In this document: positions 30,270-40,844 of the stretch, piece by piece | Layout of the letters: each line of letters begins with the position of its first letter | Numbering within the stretch: the first letter of the stretch is position 1 | DNA from: a virus | Length of the DNA: 64,000 nt | Strand: one strand, 5' to 3' | IMG/VR virus record: IMGVR_UViG_3300034064_001073 | Coordinates: 15,874 to 79,873 of that record | Notes under the pieces: model-generated | Databases searched by the model: none | What the model was told of the DNA's origin: nothing | What the model saw: only the letters and a program-made list of their open reading frames with translations | Position numbers and translations under genes: made by a program

Positions 30270-31806
30270 TTTTTTTTTTAATATCGCGTGAATCTTTCTC
30301 AGGTGCCACTGGCTTTTTTGCAATATTACCAGCTGCTAGATCTCTAGCCTTTTGTAAATCACCAGAAGACATAGGAGTTTTATCGCTCTTAGCAGAAGTC
30401 TCAGCCAACGGAGACATTGGATTTGCTCCAAGTCTAAGAAGCTCTTGAGCCTCAGTAATCATCTTGTAATATGAATGATCCCAATCGTTATCTGTAGAGC
30501 TTGACATACCAATGCGGTCTCTTAACTCATCATGGCTAATTGCGCTATTCAACCATAACTGGATAGCCGCATTCTCTTTCTTTATTTGATTTTCAACATC
30601 TATTTCCTTGAATCTAAGAACAACTTTATTCTCTGGTTCAAGCCAGTCAAAGCTATTGTCCTCTGAACTTTCTTGGAGCATAGGAACAATAAGATGAGCA
30701 TAAATTTGTTCTTCAAGAACAAGCTGATCACTTTTAACTGCATTAATAAGACTACTAGACATAGTAGCTGCAGTTGACCTATTAGCAGTATCACCTTCGC
30801 CAATGTCTACCGTTGATAGACCAAGCGCGGCAAGAACACGCTTCTTGAAATAATCAAGATAGCTTTCAGCTCTAAGTGAGCGTCCTTCCGCTCCAATCAT
30901 TTTAATCTCATGGCGCTCAGGAGTAACAAAGAAACCTTCTGGTGGTTGATTATTAATAATCTCAGTAACCATACTAATTTCATCTCTTCCGTCTGGAAGT
31001 ATAGTTGCAGGCATTGCTTCTGTTCCAATCTTATACTGGACAATAGGAAAGATTGTTTGATGTAGTAGAACTTCTACGTCAGTCTCAATTCGACGTAAAG
31101 CCTTGATATCTTCAATTGCTGCACTGCATCTTGGGGTACCAACAATAAAGCCTTCAAGCTTATTAACATGAAAATGAATAATTTCATTAGGCTCATATAT
31201 AGTAGTAGGACGAGTATTCTCGGTCCAGTCTTCTTCGCTGTATTGTCGATACTTTATGGGCTGTTTAAGGTCGTTGACCTTAACCTGGATCATACTGGTA
31301 GGAAGTATATGAAGTGAGCTAATTGGGGCTATTTTGCGCCCCTTAGAGTCAGTTCTAGTATAGCCTCCAGATGTCTTGTCATTGCGCTTAACAAGAACAA
31401 AACAATTGCTATATCTAATAATGTTCTTAGCTATATCAGTTATAAACTGGCGAGGTGTAGTGCGACTAACATAGCAAACTTCTTTAAAGCGCCGCTCTAT
31501 GTACTCTACAAGATCAGGGTCTTTTCCTATAACCTCATACCCCTCTTTCATAAACAAAGAAAGCTTCTTGTCAAAGCTAATCTGTAAGTAAGCCTCAATC
31601 GTAGCAACTTTATCTATTTCTTTGAAGTCATGCTCTAGCTTTTGCCAGTCATTCATAAAGTACGGACGAGTAGTCCTATAGTTAAATACTGGATCCTTAG
31701 TCTTTTCCAAGCTAGGTCCAGGCATCTTACTCTCAGCATCATCTATTACTTTAATCGATGAAGCAAGATTCTTAAGATTAATAACTTGTGCTTTTAATTT
31801 AAACAT
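30262..31806 (-). CDS. Portal protein
   Basis: 514 aa between TerL and the protease. SNCFVLVKRN...IIHFH...GTP...DIKALRRIE...LGLS...G...NRSTA portal pattern. Confidence 0.85.
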   Translation of the reverse strand: MFKLKAQVINLKNLASSIKVIDDAESKMPGPSLEKTKDPVFNYRTTRPYFMNDWQKLEHDFKEIDKVATIEAYLQISFDKKLSLFMKEGYEVIGKDPDLVEYIERRFKEVCYVSRTTPRQFITDIAKNIIRYSNCFVLVKRNDKTSGGYTRTDSKGRKIAPISSLHILPTSMIQVKVNDLKQPIKYRQYSEEDWTENTRPTTIYEPNEIIHFHVNKLEGFIVGTPRCSAAIEDIKALRRIETDVEVLLHQTIFPIVQYKIGTEAMPATILPDGRDEISMVTEIINNQPPEGFFVTPERHEIKMIGAEGRSLRAESYLDYFKKRVLAALGLSTVDIGEGDTANRSTAATMSSSLINAVKSDQLVLEEQIYAHLIVPMLQESSEDNSFDWLEPENKVVLRFKEIDVENQIKKENAAIQLWLNSAISHDELRDRIGMSSSTDNDWDHSYYKMITEAQELLRLGANPMSPLAETSAKSDKTPMSSGDLQKARDLAAGNIAKKPVAPEKDSRDIKKKIQ

Positions 31807-34081
31807 TGTCTACGTTTGCTCCTAATGCAACTCGACGCCAGAACTCTAGGCTTTCACCTTTGCTTATTATAGACGATTTTGCTCTGTCACAATTTATAAG
31901 ATTAAATCTACTGTCTGTGGCCGGATTTATTAGATATTTAATAGGAGTGGTTCTCTGAAAACCTTTATTTCTGTTCTGTCTTGCCTTTTCCTCGTAAACA
32001 GGTTGACTATTAAAGTATTCCTTCATTGGGAAATCACTATTAGGATCTGGATCCCAAGGATCCCAAGGACTCTCATTAGTTGAGTTGCCATTCTCATCTT
32101 TCATAGGTATACAAGGCTCAATGCCCTTAGAGGTAGCAGCCTTATAGAGGCCAAGAGCAAAAGATAGTAACTGAGAGACTGCCATAATTTTTGTGCAAAG
32201 AACAATATTAGAATCAGTCTTCTCACCAAATAAAGTCTTAATAACATCCGAACCATATTCTACAATTTTTGTTTGAGCCCCAACATATTCAATAAAGTCA
32301 TAGATTGCAGTTTTAATCATTTCAAGAGAGTCCAACGCATCCCCTCGGCCCATCAAAGGATTGGTAATCGTTGATAGAAATTTCATTCCATTAGAGTTCA
32401 ATGCTCCCTCCAAGGCTTTGCCAACCTCTTGTTGATCTATGCCTATTTCTCCATTGGCGTTATTAAAATATTTCTGACTCCATTTAGTCAGCGCACTTAT
32501 TTTGTTATCTTCTCCTGTTCCTGAGTTTACCCAGTTTGACAGTTCTTCTGTAGTAAATCCATACTGCTTCCCAGCCTTATCAATGTCCTGAATACTTACA
32601 AGACTATTAATTGTGCATAGTGCGTAGTTTGGAAGGGGAGAGATATTGGCACGAATACTCATTTGTAACAAGTTGAGTAGAGGCTCAATAATTCCTCTCA
32701 TAACTAAATCTCTTAGAAAGTTTAGACCAAAGTTTGCATTTGCCGAGAACACTTCCGCCCAAGTATAGACTAAAAGACCACCAAGCGTAGCAATAACAAA
32801 TAGTAGCTCTAACGGACACAGAGATCCAAGTCTTAGTAGGGAGCAGTAGTTAGCTTTTAGATGGAACTCAAGATCACTAGCAAATCTTATCTTGTCCCAT
32901 AGAGCTTTCGTAATACGTAATTGCTCTTTCATTTTCAATTCAAGATCTACACCAAAAACAAAATCGCTGCCTTTGAATAGATCACCTGGACCTTTCATAT
33001 TTCCAAGATCGTCTTTCAGCTTTTGCCATTCGCCGCCAAAGCACTCATAGCATCCGTCCCAACCACGAATTAAGTCACCAAGATCTTTAGCTGGTTCTCC
33101 AATTGCTCTTGCCTTGAGCTTAGAAGGCTCCTTGCCTCTAAATAGAACGTCTATGGCACTATTTTGCTTGTCTATTCCATTAAGAGTACTCTCTATGCTG
33201 TGGACCACTTCCCTGGTCTTCTCAGCCTCATTAAACAAAGGTATAAGGCCAACTTTCTGAGAGACATTATCTTCACTAAGTTTTATTTCGTTCTGAGCTA
33301 AGGAAGTTTCTAGTCCAAACATATCTCTGAAAATATCAAACTCTTCATAGACTTTCCATCTCTTATCTTCTCCTAGATTGTTCAACCAGTCAGAGGTCAT
33401 CTTGCCTAAAGTTTCTTTAGGCTTAGAGTCATAGTCTTTTTTAATTGTTTTTTGAGCTTGGTATGCAAAAGCAAGAGCAACAAGCGGGCCAAACTTAGTT
33501 GACATATCTTCGTCTTCTGTTATGCCAGACATTGCGTCTTTCTGTAACTCTTTAGTTGTAGAGTTTATTTGGTTTTTTGCTTTTAATTCTGTGTAAAGCT
33601 TTGTATGCTTTTTTAACTCTTGTATCTCTTGATAGGTTAACTTGCCTTTTTGATGATTAGGAAAAAGAAAATCTGCGACTAAGCATTCGTCATGATCCTC
33701 ACTAGTATAAGGAACACTATAGTTTATATCCTTTAACCTATCAGCAGTCTCTGCAAGAAACTTATCTAAAGTTGCTGCTTGTATAGCTGCTTCTTCTCTG
33801 TTTTCTTTTCTAAGGGCTTCAACTGCAAGAGAACTAATGTCTCTTGCTTTACCATTGTAAAGCTCAGAATCTAGTATCTGGTTGTATTCTTTGTTTGAGT
33901 TTAGATTAGATAGTAAGTCTTGTATCAGACTATTCAGCTCTGTTGCAGAGAGTTTATTTACGTCCCTGTTCTCTACTTTATTACCAGGCCCTTCATCTCT
34001 GCTTACTTCTTCTAGTTGAATACCTTGGTTCGTGCTATTACTTTGAATAAAGAACTTTTTGTTTAAAGGAAGCTTTTCCAT
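31799..34081 (-). CDS. 760-aa hypothetical protein with hydrophobic helices
   Basis: Long ORF overlapping the portal start; Cys pairs and a TM-like LLFVIATLGGLLVYTW segment. Confidence 0.7.
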   Translation of the reverse strand: MEKLPLNKKFFIQSNSTNQGIQLEEVSRDEGPGNKVENRDVNKLSATELNSLIQDLLSNLNSNKEYNQILDSELYNGKARDISSLAVEALRKENREEAAIQAATLDKFLAETADRLKDINYSVPYTSEDHDECLVADFLFPNHQKGKLTYQEIQELKKHTKLYTELKAKNQINSTTKELQKDAMSGITEDEDMSTKFGPLVALAFAYQAQKTIKKDYDSKPKETLGKMTSDWLNNLGEDKRWKVYEEFDIFRDMFGLETSLAQNEIKLSEDNVSQKVGLIPLFNEAEKTREVVHSIESTLNGIDKQNSAIDVLFRGKEPSKLKARAIGEPAKDLGDLIRGWDGCYECFGGEWQKLKDDLGNMKGPGDLFKGSDFVFGVDLELKMKEQLRITKALWDKIRFASDLEFHLKANYCSLLRLGSLCPLELLFVIATLGGLLVYTWAEVFSANANFGLNFLRDLVMRGIIEPLLNLLQMSIRANISPLPNYALCTINSLVSIQDIDKAGKQYGFTTEELSNWVNSGTGEDNKISALTKWSQKYFNNANGEIGIDQQEVGKALEGALNSNGMKFLSTITNPLMGRGDALDSLEMIKTAIYDFIEYVGAQTKIVEYGSDVIKTLFGEKTDSNIVLCTKIMAVSQLLSFALGLYKAATSKGIEPCIPMKDENGNSTNESPWDPWDPDPNSDFPMKEYFNSQPVYEEKARQNRNKGFQRTTPIKYLINPATDSRFNLINCDRAKSSIISKGESLEFWRRVALGANVDNV

Positions 34082-34092
34082 TTTTTATCTTA

Positions 34093-34542
34093 CTAAGCAG
34101 CTAAAGTTGTCTCTGTTGCATTAATTTTAATTGTTGCTTCACTAAAAAAATTAACGCCATTCCCTTTAGGAACGAATGTCTTTAGCATAAGATACCTACT
34201 TCTAATTGCTCCAGGCTCTATATTCGGAAGGATAACTGTGTTGTTGTATGGTAAATTCTCCCAGTTCTGAGCTCTTATATCTGCAGTAACAGACTCCATA
34301 GGCATTAACTGATAGATAATTCCATTGTTTGAAATAGGTCCATTAGTCACACCATTGATAGCAATAGAAACTGTAATGTTTGTATAGCCAAGATCTTCAT
34401 TGTCATTTTGCAATGTTAAAGTCTGATAGCGATATGAACCATCTGTAGTGTCATGGAAGGCTATTATTTTTGTATTTAAATTTTCTACTAGTTGGTCTGA
34501 AAGACCAGTCACTGGATCATTGATATAAAGTGCAAGTCCCAT
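34093..34542 (-). CDS. Hypothetical beta-rich (possibly virion) protein
   Basis: 149-aa ORF in the operon between TerL and portal. Confidence 0.65.
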   Translation of the reverse strand: MGLALYINDPVTGLSDQLVENLNTKIIAFHDTTDGSYRYQTLTLQNDNEDLGYTNITVSIAINGVTNGPISNNGIIYQLMPMESVTADIRAQNWENLPYNNTVILPNIEPGAIRSRYLMLKTFVPKGNGVNFFSEATIKINATETTLAA

Positions 34543-34551
34543 AGGATTTCC

Positions 34552-36690
34552 TTATTTAATAGTTCGACCACTTGGTCGTTGGTAGTTATGCCGTGAGTTA
34601 AACACTGGAGCTATTGCTTGTCCCATGTTTCCCTTGCCGTCTCTAGTAACAATCATATCTCTTTCCCAAGCTCTTCTATCTAAGTCACTGTAGTGTTCTG
34701 TTGTTTTCTGGTAAGGACCAGAACCATTTTTTCTACCTTCTATAGCAGAAGTCCTTTCATTTTGCAAGTGTTTAAGTAATTCTCCTCCTGTTAATTTCCT
34801 AGCATGAGGATCTTGTAGCTGCTCACCAAGCATTGAATGTCCAACAGTCTCTGTTATTCCAAAGCTAGAAATCATACCCTTAGACATAGCAAGAGGACCT
34901 TCCTCTATGGTAAAGGCTACTAAGCTTAGCATGAAGGCGTCTAAGGCGTGATCACCAATGCTTGTGTTGTCTTGTCCAAACACAGGAGTTCCATTTGGTT
35001 GACGAGATTTAATTATATAGTTTAGAAGTTGCTTTCTTAGCAAGTCATCCTCAAAGGAAAACTTAACAATTCTATCTTCAAATCTACGGACTGCATTTTC
35101 TACTAGAAAAGGTTTGGCTGGATGTTCAATAACTCTACCAGTTGAAGGCTCTCTGATTGAGACCTTACTTCCAAAGTCATAAGCTTTAATTCTTCTTTGA
35201 ACATTAAACTCATAAGTCCCTGGCTTCTGCTGAGAGGACCACATTTTTAGAGTCTCCCATTGAGTAGCACCGTGTCCTTTGTCAACATAGATATGTTGTG
35301 GTTGCCAAAAAGTAAGAAGTTCTGTTATCTTCTGAAGACCTTGTAGCTGTGTAAAGTTTTGCTTTGGAACATTTATAATTTCCATTACTTGTAACCCAAT
35401 CTGAGGATGAAATCCTGTAATACATATCCAAGTACCAAAGCTAGTATTCCAGTCAACTCCTAAACTATATCTAAAGCCAGGAAGTTGGCCGTCTATCTTC
35501 GCTTCGCGCATTTGCGCATAAGTATATCCATCCATAGCGCTAGTAACTAATGGAGCAGCAAACACGCCATCGGCATTGCTAATAAACATTGCCATAACTT
35601 CTTGTAGCCAACCGTCACTCGTATATTCTCTACGCATCTCATTGCGTAATGATTTCCAGTTAATCTTTGTCTGGGCAAACGGCGTTTCATCAATAACTGC
35701 TGTTGGAAAATAGAATTCTTTCCAGTCTGGAGCTTCTTGGCACCATTCATAAAACTTACTACGAAGACCACTTGGAGTAGATGCAACTCTTATTAGACAA
35801 TCACTGTGAGACTGCGCAATCGGTAAGATTGTTGTAAAGTCTTTTTCAGTCATATAGTCAACCTCATCTAGAACTATAACGTGCGCGTCCTGACCACGAA
35901 CAGCACTAGCACCATTACTACCAGTCGTGAAGCCAGAAATTATAGCTCCATTATCAAGTCTTAGTTGATGATAAGGAGATTGCTTATATCTAAATTCTTT
36001 TTTTAAACTAATATTGCTATTTAGCAATTCAAGAATTCTGTTAAATATAGCTGTAACTTGCGAGTCAAAAGGACAACAAATAAGAATTTTAATTCCATTC
36101 ACGTTCTCTTTTATCTCATCGTCAAAGTATTCTCTAATTCTAGTAAAGGCATGGAATAGTATCTCAATAGCAAGCGCGTCTGATTTACCTGAACGTCTTC
36201 CAAACCTAAAGACCTTTTTCTTACTCTGGCAACGAAGAGCAATCTCTTGATGTGCTCTAGGTTTCCATCCAAACATTTTATTAGCAAAGGTAACTGGATC
36301 TGTATTAATAATTAATGCGTCTTTCTCTTCAGGAGAAAGTTCATTAGCAAACTCCGAGTATTGCTCTAGATAGTCCTTTGGAATCAAAGGACAGCTAATT
36401 TGAAAGGCATGAGTTGGAAAAGCTTTTGGATCAGCTTTAACTTTCCTTTTACTTTCAATGGGATGAGTTGGGTAGTCTTTTTTATATTTTTCAATATGAG
36501 AAATCTGACAATTCTCGCAACCTGAAGAACACTTTGCACCAGTCTTTGTTTTTGTTTTCAGCCCATAATTATTAATATAATCTCGGACAATAGTAGAAGC
36601 AAAAGGAGTCCAGTAGTCTACATAAGACACGTCTGAACTTTCTGTTTCTACTTTTTTATATAGATTTTCTATTGCAAGTATTTCATTCAT
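34552..36690 (-). CDS. terL: Terminase large subunit
   Basis: Walker A GRRSGKS, Walker B IVLDE, coupling motif ASTP, RNase H-like LGVDW and DHALDA. Likely start is the ATG at 36690, next to the upstream stop. Confidence 0.93.
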   Translation of the reverse strand: MNEILAIENLYKKVETESSDVSYVDYWTPFASTIVRDYINNYGLKTKTKTGAKCSSGCENCQISHIEKYKKDYPTHPIESKRKVKADPKAFPTHAFQISCPLIPKDYLEQYSEFANELSPEEKDALIINTDPVTFANKMFGWKPRAHQEIALRCQSKKKVFRFGRRSGKSDALAIEILFHAFTRIREYFDDEIKENVNGIKILICCPFDSQVTAIFNRILELLNSNISLKKEFRYKQSPYHQLRLDNGAIISGFTTGSNGASAVRGQDAHVIVLDEVDYMTEKDFTTILPIAQSHSDCLIRVASTPSGLRSKFYEWCQEAPDWKEFYFPTAVIDETPFAQTKINWKSLRNEMRREYTSDGWLQEVMAMFISNADGVFAAPLVTSAMDGYTYAQMREAKIDGQLPGFRYSLGVDWNTSFGTWICITGFHPQIGLQVMEIINVPKQNFTQLQGLQKITELLTFWQPQHIYVDKGHGATQWETLKMWSSQQKPGTYEFNVQRRIKAYDFGSKVSIREPSTGRVIEHPAKPFLVENAVRRFEDRIVKFSFEDDLLRKQLLNYIIKSRQPNGTPVFGQDNTSIGDHALDAFMLSLVAFTIEEGPLAMSKGMISSFGITETVGHSMLGEQLQDPHARKLTGGELLKHLQNERTSAIEGRKNGSGPYQKTTEHYSDLDRRAWERDMIVTRDGKGNMGQAIAPVFNSRHNYQRPSGRTIK

Positions 36691-36691
36691 A

Positions 36692-39600
36692 TTAGTAAGA
36701 TAGCATTGAAGACGTCCCATATATAGCAGTTGAACCTGAGTATCTTGCTTTTGGAGCGCTCATCATATAACTCTCATTTCCTATAGCTTTCATTGCACTG
36801 AATCTAGAATTTTCCATTGCATTTATAGAACGTTGCCTAATGCTTGCGCCCATTGAGCTAGACATACCTGGAGTTGGACCTCTATTCCAAGAAATACCGC
36901 CCATTCTGCCAGACCTAATATACTGTGCACCTTGGTTTCTAACATCAAAAATCTTAAAAGCAGTATAGCCTGCAGCAGCAGCAACTGCGGCTCCAGTTAA
37001 TCCAACCATAGGATTAAGCAAGGCCCCAGCAATAACTTTGTTTTGAACAAGCCCAGTAGCAATGCCAAGAGCTGTATTGCCTACGCCTCCGACTATACCT
37101 GCTTGCCTATAGCCTGATTTAAAGTCGCCAATAGCACCGTGCGCCATAAGAGCAGGAGCAATAATCGTAGATAGACCTCCCATCTTGACTAACTGTTTGT
37201 TTAGCCAGCCATCTCCAACTTGATCAAGAAGTTTAAAGCCATGATATCGGGCACCATGAAAAAACTTTGAAATGCCACTCGAATTGCTATGTGCCGCAGA
37301 GATATAGTTTTTCCAACCTTGGTAAGCGTCATCTAAATTATTAGCCACTTGCCAAAAAGCTTCTTCAGCCCTATATACTGGATGTACATATCCAGTTGAG
37401 CCTAAGGCTCTGCCAAAGAAAGAGTCAATAAACCCTGATGCTTTACCACTTTGGTCAAAACCAGTAACTCTACGGTTTAAACCAAAGTCATTGATTACTG
37501 AACCTAAGCCTGCAAAAAAACCTCTAGTAGTTAAGTCTAGTTCGTTTTGAACAAAACCACTATTATAGATTCTTGAACCGTAGTTCCTATTTACAGACCC
37601 TGGTGGTGCCATTGGACTTCCTAAGACAGCTGGACTAGTACCTGTTTTTAATCCTTGAAGGGCTTTGTAAGTACCTACAGCAGCACCTGCTCCTCCTATT
37701 ATAGCAGCGCCTGTTATCAGTGCCCCTGAAAGACTTGACGGACCCGCTGGGGCTCCTGTCGCAGCAGATGCTATGCTTGGGAAAGCTGCTGCAGCCGCTC
37801 CTACGGCAATGCCTATTCCAAGGCCTTTTAATGATTTAAGTCTTCTTATTCTGTCAGGGGTAAGTTTAAATCTAGCTTTAATTTCTTTTTCTGCGGTTTG
37901 CAGTATTTTTCGAGACTTAGCGTTGTCAGATCTAGAATGAAAATTTAAAGTTCTAGGCCTATCTAAGTGTCCAAATGGAAGTCCAGTTTCTGGGTCATTT
38001 TTTTTAATACCTAGCATCTTCGTAAGATGCTCTCGGGCCTTGTGTGGCTGTGAAGCTTCTTGAGTTCCAAAAAATTGTCTAAAAGTTTCAAAGAATGAAG
38101 AAATTTCTCTAGTTCTTCCAAGTGGAGTAGCAGCGTCTCCGTTTGATGGAAATGCTTGTTGAATTTCTTTTACAAAAGGATGACTAGCATGAGTACTATT
38201 TAACTGTTTGTACCCCCAGTCAAAAAAGCCATTGCCTCTGCTTAAGGCAAAGCCTATATCCTCCGGAGTACCCTCTTCGCTTATAAGATAGCCAAATTCC
38301 GCTCCTACCTTCATCTCTCGTTGGTGAGCGCCATTTCCAACGCAAAAATTGCCACCATATTTAATATTTATTGCATTAGCTCCTATTTGGGCTTCTTCAG
38401 CCGTGGCTAATCTAAGCTTTAATTTTTTACCTAAAAATTCACCAGAAGTTTCAATCTCTCTAGGCATATTAGTAGAAACATCGGTAGGAAGACCCGCTCT
38501 TAACCCAATCCAAGAATCTACAACATCATTTATATTTTTAATTCCTCCTAAAATACTTTGTTCATTCTTGCCCTTATTTTCAAAATAATAACTTAAAAAT
38601 TGCCCATACCCACCAGCAAGAAAAGGTTTAATTGCAGCAGCTACCTCTCTGCCGGTTGAAGCATCTATTTTTGCCAGAATAGGATGTAATCCTTCTTCAA
38701 CTGCAGCCATTGCTGATGGAGATTTAAATAAGAAATCTTGTAGTCCTGGGCTTGCACTAGGAAGAAAATGTGCAGCAGCAAGATCTACGTCAGAAACACC
38801 TATAAAATCTCTACCAGTTGCGAGAGAAGTTCTATTTATCAAAGAATCCCCTGGAGATTTGCCAGCCCGTAAAGGCGCAGGCCTTCGACCTGCTACTGCT
38901 CCTATATCCCATTGGGAATCCGTAACTGAAGGTAGGACTTCTCGATCGCTAAAACCTTTCAAAACAAAAGGTAAATTTTTTCCCTTAACAAAAGGAAGTA
39001 TAGCCTTGATTTCTCCCGGTAAAGAATCAATATTTTGTCCAATTTTATTTGCTCTTCCAGCAAAGTCTGAGAATTCCATGAGAGAAAGATCTATTTGTCT
39101 ACTCTCAGGTACAATTCCGAAAGCTTTAGCTTTTTTTGTTCTTTCTGGAACAGCTGCTGCAGTTTGAGACCACTGAAGCAAGTCCTCATCTGTCACCGGA
39201 GTTTGCCAATATCTTTTTGCTGCTTTTAATTCTTCAGTATGATATGTTCTGCCTAAATGCTCAGCTTTTAGAGTCAATCCAACAGGTAACGCAGGAATTC
39301 TTTTTTCTGCAGTGCGAGGGTAGTCAAGTAACGCTTTTCCTGCATGATTTAGGCCAGCTCCACCTTCATCATATATCTGATCACTATTAGAAGGATCTAT
39401 ATATTCAAAAACTTTCATTACCGCTTCCATAGCGGGTCTATCATGGTAATCTAAAATAGCATCTGACATTCTCATGACTGGATTTGGGTCACCTAGTCCA
39501 GCAGATGAAATAGAAAACCTTGAAGTTTGCTTAAACGCGGTGTCATTAAAATGATACAAGGCACTAAAAACTCTATCCGCAGTTAAACCTTCTTCAGCCA

Positions 39601-39928
39601 TCATAGGCGCAAATCTACGCCAATTTATTTCAAAATTGTTTCGAACGGATTGTCCATCTATCTGACCTGTTCTAGAAACTAAATTTCTATTTTGGCTTGT
39701 TTGTATTTCTTTAAAATTACTATCTGTAATAGCACCTTGCTCAAGATCATAAATATCTTTAATGCTGCTTGCATTAAGTGTGTTAGAGGCGTTACTATAT
39801 CTAGGGGATTTTGTTGCATCAGTAACCGTTTCCGCTATATCTGGAAAAATATTTTGCAAACGACTAATGTCTGCATTGCCAAGATACATCTCATCTATAA
39901 CTTTTTTAAGATCTGGATTTTCAGCCAT
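36692..39928 (-). CDS. 1078-aa putative ejected/internal virion protein: unique N-terminus plus shared C-terminal module
   Basis: Last 300 aa are paralogous to those of 39942-42788; two Gly/Ala hydrophobic helices precede the module. Confidence 0.7.
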   Translation of the reverse strand: MAENPDLKKVIDEMYLGNADISRLQNIFPDIAETVTDATKSPRYSNASNTLNASSIKDIYDLEQGAITDSNFKEIQTSQNRNLVSRTGQIDGQSVRNNFEINWRRFAPMMAEEGLTADRVFSALYHFNDTAFKQTSRFSISSAGLGDPNPVMRMSDAILDYHDRPAMEAVMKVFEYIDPSNSDQIYDEGGAGLNHAGKALLDYPRTAEKRIPALPVGLTLKAEHLGRTYHTEELKAAKRYWQTPVTDEDLLQWSQTAAAVPERTKKAKAFGIVPESRQIDLSLMEFSDFAGRANKIGQNIDSLPGEIKAILPFVKGKNLPFVLKGFSDREVLPSVTDSQWDIGAVAGRRPAPLRAGKSPGDSLINRTSLATGRDFIGVSDVDLAAAHFLPSASPGLQDFLFKSPSAMAAVEEGLHPILAKIDASTGREVAAAIKPFLAGGYGQFLSYYFENKGKNEQSILGGIKNINDVVDSWIGLRAGLPTDVSTNMPREIETSGEFLGKKLKLRLATAEEAQIGANAINIKYGGNFCVGNGAHQREMKVGAEFGYLISEEGTPEDIGFALSRGNGFFDWGYKQLNSTHASHPFVKEIQQAFPSNGDAATPLGRTREISSFFETFRQFFGTQEASQPHKAREHLTKMLGIKKNDPETGLPFGHLDRPRTLNFHSRSDNAKSRKILQTAEKEIKARFKLTPDRIRRLKSLKGLGIGIAVGAAAAAFPSIASAATGAPAGPSSLSGALITGAAIIGGAGAAVGTYKALQGLKTGTSPAVLGSPMAPPGSVNRNYGSRIYNSGFVQNELDLTTRGFFAGLGSVINDFGLNRRVTGFDQSGKASGFIDSFFGRALGSTGYVHPVYRAEEAFWQVANNLDDAYQGWKNYISAAHSNSSGISKFFHGARYHGFKLLDQVGDGWLNKQLVKMGGLSTIIAPALMAHGAIGDFKSGYRQAGIVGGVGNTALGIATGLVQNKVIAGALLNPMVGLTGAAVAAAAGYTAFKIFDVRNQGAQYIRSGRMGGISWNRGPTPGMSSSMGASIRQRSINAMENSRFSAMKAIGNESYMMSAPKARYSGSTAIYGTSSMLSY

Positions 39929-40844
39929 GTTAGCCTCTTGTTTAATAGGATAGTACTGGAGTTATCCCATGGATTCCAGTTGAATTAGCATATCTGCTTT
40001 TTGGAACATTCATCATGTAGCTTTCATTGCCCATTGCTTTCATTGCATTAAATTTCGAGTTGTTCATAGAGTTAAGTGCCCGCTGTCTTGCCGTTGCTGC
40101 CATTGAGCCTGACATACCAGGTGTTGGGCCACGATTCCAAGACAAGCCACCCATTCTACCTGATCTTATATAGTTAGCACCTTCATTCCTGACATCAAAG
40201 ATTTTGAATGCAGCATAGCCAGCTGCAGCTGTAATACCTGCGCCTAATAGGCCAGTAAGTGGATTAAGCAAAATACCAGCAATAACTTTATTCTGAACAA
40301 GACCACTTATAAGACCAGTCACAGTCTTAAGAGCGCCACCAATCAGTCCACCTCTTCTGTAACCTTCTTTAAAGTCAGTTAAAGCTCCATGTGCCATTAA
40401 TGCGGGCGCTACTACAGTGCTAAATCCGCCTGCTTTAACTAGTTGTTTATTTAGCCATCCGTCTCCAACTGAATCTAAGGCTCTGAAGCCATGATATCTA
40501 ACTCCCTGAAAAAGCTTGCTAATTCCACTTGAGTTCTTATATGAAGTATTGATATAGTCTTTCCATCCCTGGTAAGCATCATCTATGTTATGTGCAACTT
40601 TCCAGAAGGCTTCTTCTTTCCTAAAAACAGGATGAACATATCCGTCTCCTTTTAATGACTTACCAAAAAGAGAATCAATAAAGCTATCAGGAGCGCCACT
40701 AGTATCAAAGCTACCTGTTCTTCTATTAAAACCAAAGTCGTTAATAACTGATCCAAGACCAGCAAAGAAACCTCTTGTAGTAAGATCAAGTTCGTTCTGA
40801 ACAAAACTGCTGTTATAGATACGAGATCCTCTGTTTCTATTTAC
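36692..40844 (-). repeat. Diverged 903-bp duplication (36692-37594 and 39942-40844)
   Basis: Same length, colinear and highly similar protein translation, with many synonymous changes. Confidence 0.9.
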
